Shown: positions 16,597-18,233 of the stretch, in pieces | How positions within the stretch are numbered: position 1 is the stretch's first letter | Layout of the letters: every line of letters starts with the position of its first letter | Source: an uncultured Chthoniobacterales bacterium | GTDB lineage: Bacteria; Verrucomicrobiota; Verrucomicrobiia; Chthoniobacterales; CAZSPO01 | DNA: 18,233 nucleotides | Assembly: GCA_964608775.1 (NCBI GenBank) | Contig: CAZSPO010000017.1 | Span: 1 to 18,233 of the forward strand | Reading direction: 5' to 3' | The notes under the pieces: generated by a model | The model's database searches: none | What the model saw: the letters and a program-made list of their open reading frames with translations, nothing else | What the model was told of the DNA's origin: nothing | Program-made: the position numbers and the translations under genes

Positions 16597-17618
16597 AACA
16601 TGGCCCCGAAAAACTGGGTGGGGAAATCCTCCTGTACCACACCGCAGACGGCGAGGTGCGGGTGGAGTGCGTCTTCCGCGAGGAGACCTTCTGGCTCACG
16701 CAAAAGTCCATTGCCGAGCTGTTTCACGTGCAGGTGCCGGCGATCAGCAAGCACCTCAAGAACATCTACGAGACGGGAGAACTTGAGGAGCAGGCAACGA
16801 TTTCCAAAATGGAAACAGTTCGCCCGGAAGGGGGGCGGAAAGTCCGCCGGGAGGTCGATTTTTACAATCTGGACGCCATCATTGCCGTCGGCTACCGCGT
16901 CAACAGCTATCAGGCGACGCAGTTCCGCATCTGGGCGACCAAGACCCTGAAAGAATTTATCACCAAAGGGTTTTTGCTGGATGATGAGCGGTTGAAACAG
17001 GGCGGGCGAGCTTTCGGGAATGACTACTTTGAGGAATTACTGGAACGCATCCGGGAAATCCGCGCCAGCGAACGCCGCTTTTACCAGAAGATCACCGATA
17101 TCTACGCGCTGGCTGCCGACTACGATAAAGACGCGCCGCTCACCCGAGATTTCTTTGCCTCCGTGCAAAATAAATTGCACTGGGCGATCACCGGGAAAAC
17201 AGCGGCAGAGACGATTTACGATTCGGCGGACGCGCAACTCCCCCACATGGGGCTTGCGACATGGAAACAGGCTCCAGACGGCAAGGTGCTGAAGTCCGAT
17301 GTGAACGTGGCCAAGAACTATCTCAACGAAGCGCACATCAAGGAGCTGAACCGGATGGTATCCGCCTACCTCGACCTCGCGGAAAACAACGCCCAGCGCG
17401 GCATTCTCATGAAGATGACGGATTGGGCCGGATTTCTGGATCAGTTTCTGGAGCTGTCCCGCTACCCGATTCTCAAGGACAAGGGACGGGTGAGCGCATG
17501 GGAGGCCAAGCTCAAGGCGGAGCAGGAATACGAGGCATTCCGCACACGGCAGGATCGGGATTATCTCTCCGATTTCGACCGCGAGATCAAGCGACTGGAG
17601 GGAGGGAAACCAAAATGA
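16593..17618 (+). CDS. rhuM: RhuM-family protein (Virulence_RhuM)
   Basis: The protein reads MKHGPEKLGGEILLYHTADGEVRVECVFREETFWLTQKSIAELF...FYNLDAIIAVGYRVNSYQATQFRIWATKTLKEFITKGF...RFYQKITDIYA...VQNKLHWAITGKTAAE, a near-textbook RhuM pattern. Its ATG overlaps the stop of the upstream ORF as ATGA. Confidence 0.85.
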   Translation: MKHGPEKLGGEILLYHTADGEVRVECVFREETFWLTQKSIAELFHVQVPAISKHLKNIYETGELEEQATISKMETVRPEGGRKVRREVDFYNLDAIIAVGYRVNSYQATQFRIWATKTLKEFITKGFLLDDERLKQGGRAFGNDYFEELLERIREIRASERRFYQKITDIYALAADYDKDAPLTRDFFASVQNKLHWAITGKTAAETIYDSADAQLPHMGLATWKQAPDGKVLKSDVNVAKNYLNEAHIKELNRMVSAYLDLAENNAQRGILMKMTDWAGFLDQFLELSRYPILKDKGRVSAWEAKLKAEQEYEAFRTRQDRDYLSDFDREIKRLEGGKPK

Positions 17619-17773
17619 ATCCGCAGATTACGCCGCTGGATGCAGATTCCAAACGGGTCGCAATCGACCAATTTGGATCATTACGGCGATTTCGCCATAA
17701 ATAGAAAATTTCACACATAAGCAAAACCAACCGCGAAATTGCCGTCTTGCAGACCGCCGTGAAAATCATCCGC

Positions 17774-18233
17774 ATGGAAAATGCGGACTTCATTTCTCTT
17801 ACGGACATAGCACGACACCGCGACGCCGAACGGGGTGACTACATCATCCAGAACTGGATGCGGAACCGGAACACCATCGAATTCATTGGGATATGGGAAC
17901 GCCTGAACAACCCGGATTTTAATTCCATCGAATTCGATGGAATTAGAAATCAGGCTGGCCTCAACAGTTTCTCCCTGACTCCGAAACGCTGGATCGCTCA
18001 AACCGGTGCTGTAGGCATTGTGGCGAAAACGGGTCGTTACGGCGGCACCTTCGCGCACCGGGACATTGCCTTCGAGTTTGCCTCGTGGATTTCGGTGGAG
18101 TTCAAGCTCTATCTGATCAAGGAGTTCCAGCGCATGCAGGAGGCGGAGCAGAAGCAGCTCGGCTGGGATGTGAAGCGGAACCTGACCAAGATCAACTACC
18201 GCATCCACACCGATGCCATCCGCGCCAACCTCA
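17774..18233 (+). CDS. KilA-N domain protein (3' partial, runs off window)
   Basis: The segment FISLTDIARHRDAERGDYIIQNWMRNRNTIEFIGIWERLNNPDFNSIEFDG...RYGGTFAHRDIAFEFASWISVEFKLYLIKEFQRMQE matches the KilA-N family pattern I recall. The first ATG is at 17774, but the frame is open from 17705. The same frame upstream holds a 29-codon ORF (17615-17704, ATGA-coupled to RhuM) that ends in TAG. Confidence 0.7.
   Translation, partial: MENADFISLTDIARHRDAERGDYIIQNWMRNRNTIEFIGIWERLNNPDFNSIEFDGIRNQAGLNSFSLTPKRWIAQTGAVGIVAKTGRYGGTFAHRDIAFEFASWISVEFKLYLIKEFQRMQEAEQKQLGWDVKRNLTKINYRIHTDAIRANL

Noticed and set aside
17711-18208. 165-aa minus-strand ORF
   Set aside because: It is antisense to the strongly supported KilA-N reading frame.
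1-18233. tRNA, rRNA and CRISPR search
   Set aside because: No cloverleaf-like GTTCGAATC-type T-arm contexts, no rRNA-like conserved stretches, and no regularly spaced direct repeats with unique spacers were seen. The only repeat arrays, at 991-1060 and 4584-4637, are contiguous and spacerless.

Overview
This is a GC-rich (~60% GC) bacterial chromosomal window in which most real genes lie on the minus strand and few have a Shine-Dalgarno sequence. Antisense ORFs in the six-frame track are spurious. Working from the low end, the features are:

1. The window opens with a CRP-like palindrome (55-72) next to a secreted hypothetical protein (112-669, minus), followed by five tandem 14-bp repeats (991-1060).
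2. A four-gene minus-strand cluster spans 4326 down to 1046: a PolB/DnaQ-like 3'-5' exonuclease, a TPR-like protein, a DUF4388/PATAN protein with a possible Roadblock-like C-terminus, and a standalone Roadblock/LC7 (MglB-like) protein. No MglA-type GTPase is visible.
3. A beta-barrel outer-membrane protein gene (plus strand) has four CCAAGGA motifs in its 5' leader, the last overlapping the ribosome-binding site, which resembles a CsrA/RsmA target. It ends in a strong intrinsic terminator, and an apparently orphan nuoA follows.
4. nuoA and a rhodanese gene converge across 500 bp that contain a ~190-bp segment of ~80% GC with G8, C8 and G7 homopolymer tracts.
5. A second tightly packed minus-strand cluster runs pyruvate kinase, a DUF4139 protein, an L,D-transpeptidase lipoprotein and rhodanese. 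Upstream of it lie a phytanoyl-CoA dioxygenase-family protein and then an AraC-family regulator.
6. A plus-strand NfeD/YqiJ-like gene and a flotillin (SPFH) gene overlap by TAATG.
7. Directly after the flotillin stop, codon usage switches from C-ending to G-ending. This G-ending DNA holds an N-terminally truncated, +1-frameshifted remnant of a methyltransferase-like gene (the family call is tentative), a RhuM-family gene joined to it by an ATGA overlap, and a KilA-N domain gene that runs off the window end. A short ORF coupled to RhuM (also ATGA) sits in the KilA-N frame but is cut off from the domain by an in-frame TAG. This looks like a decaying, horizontally acquired restriction-modification/defence island.

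No rRNA, tRNA or CRISPR array was found by eye.
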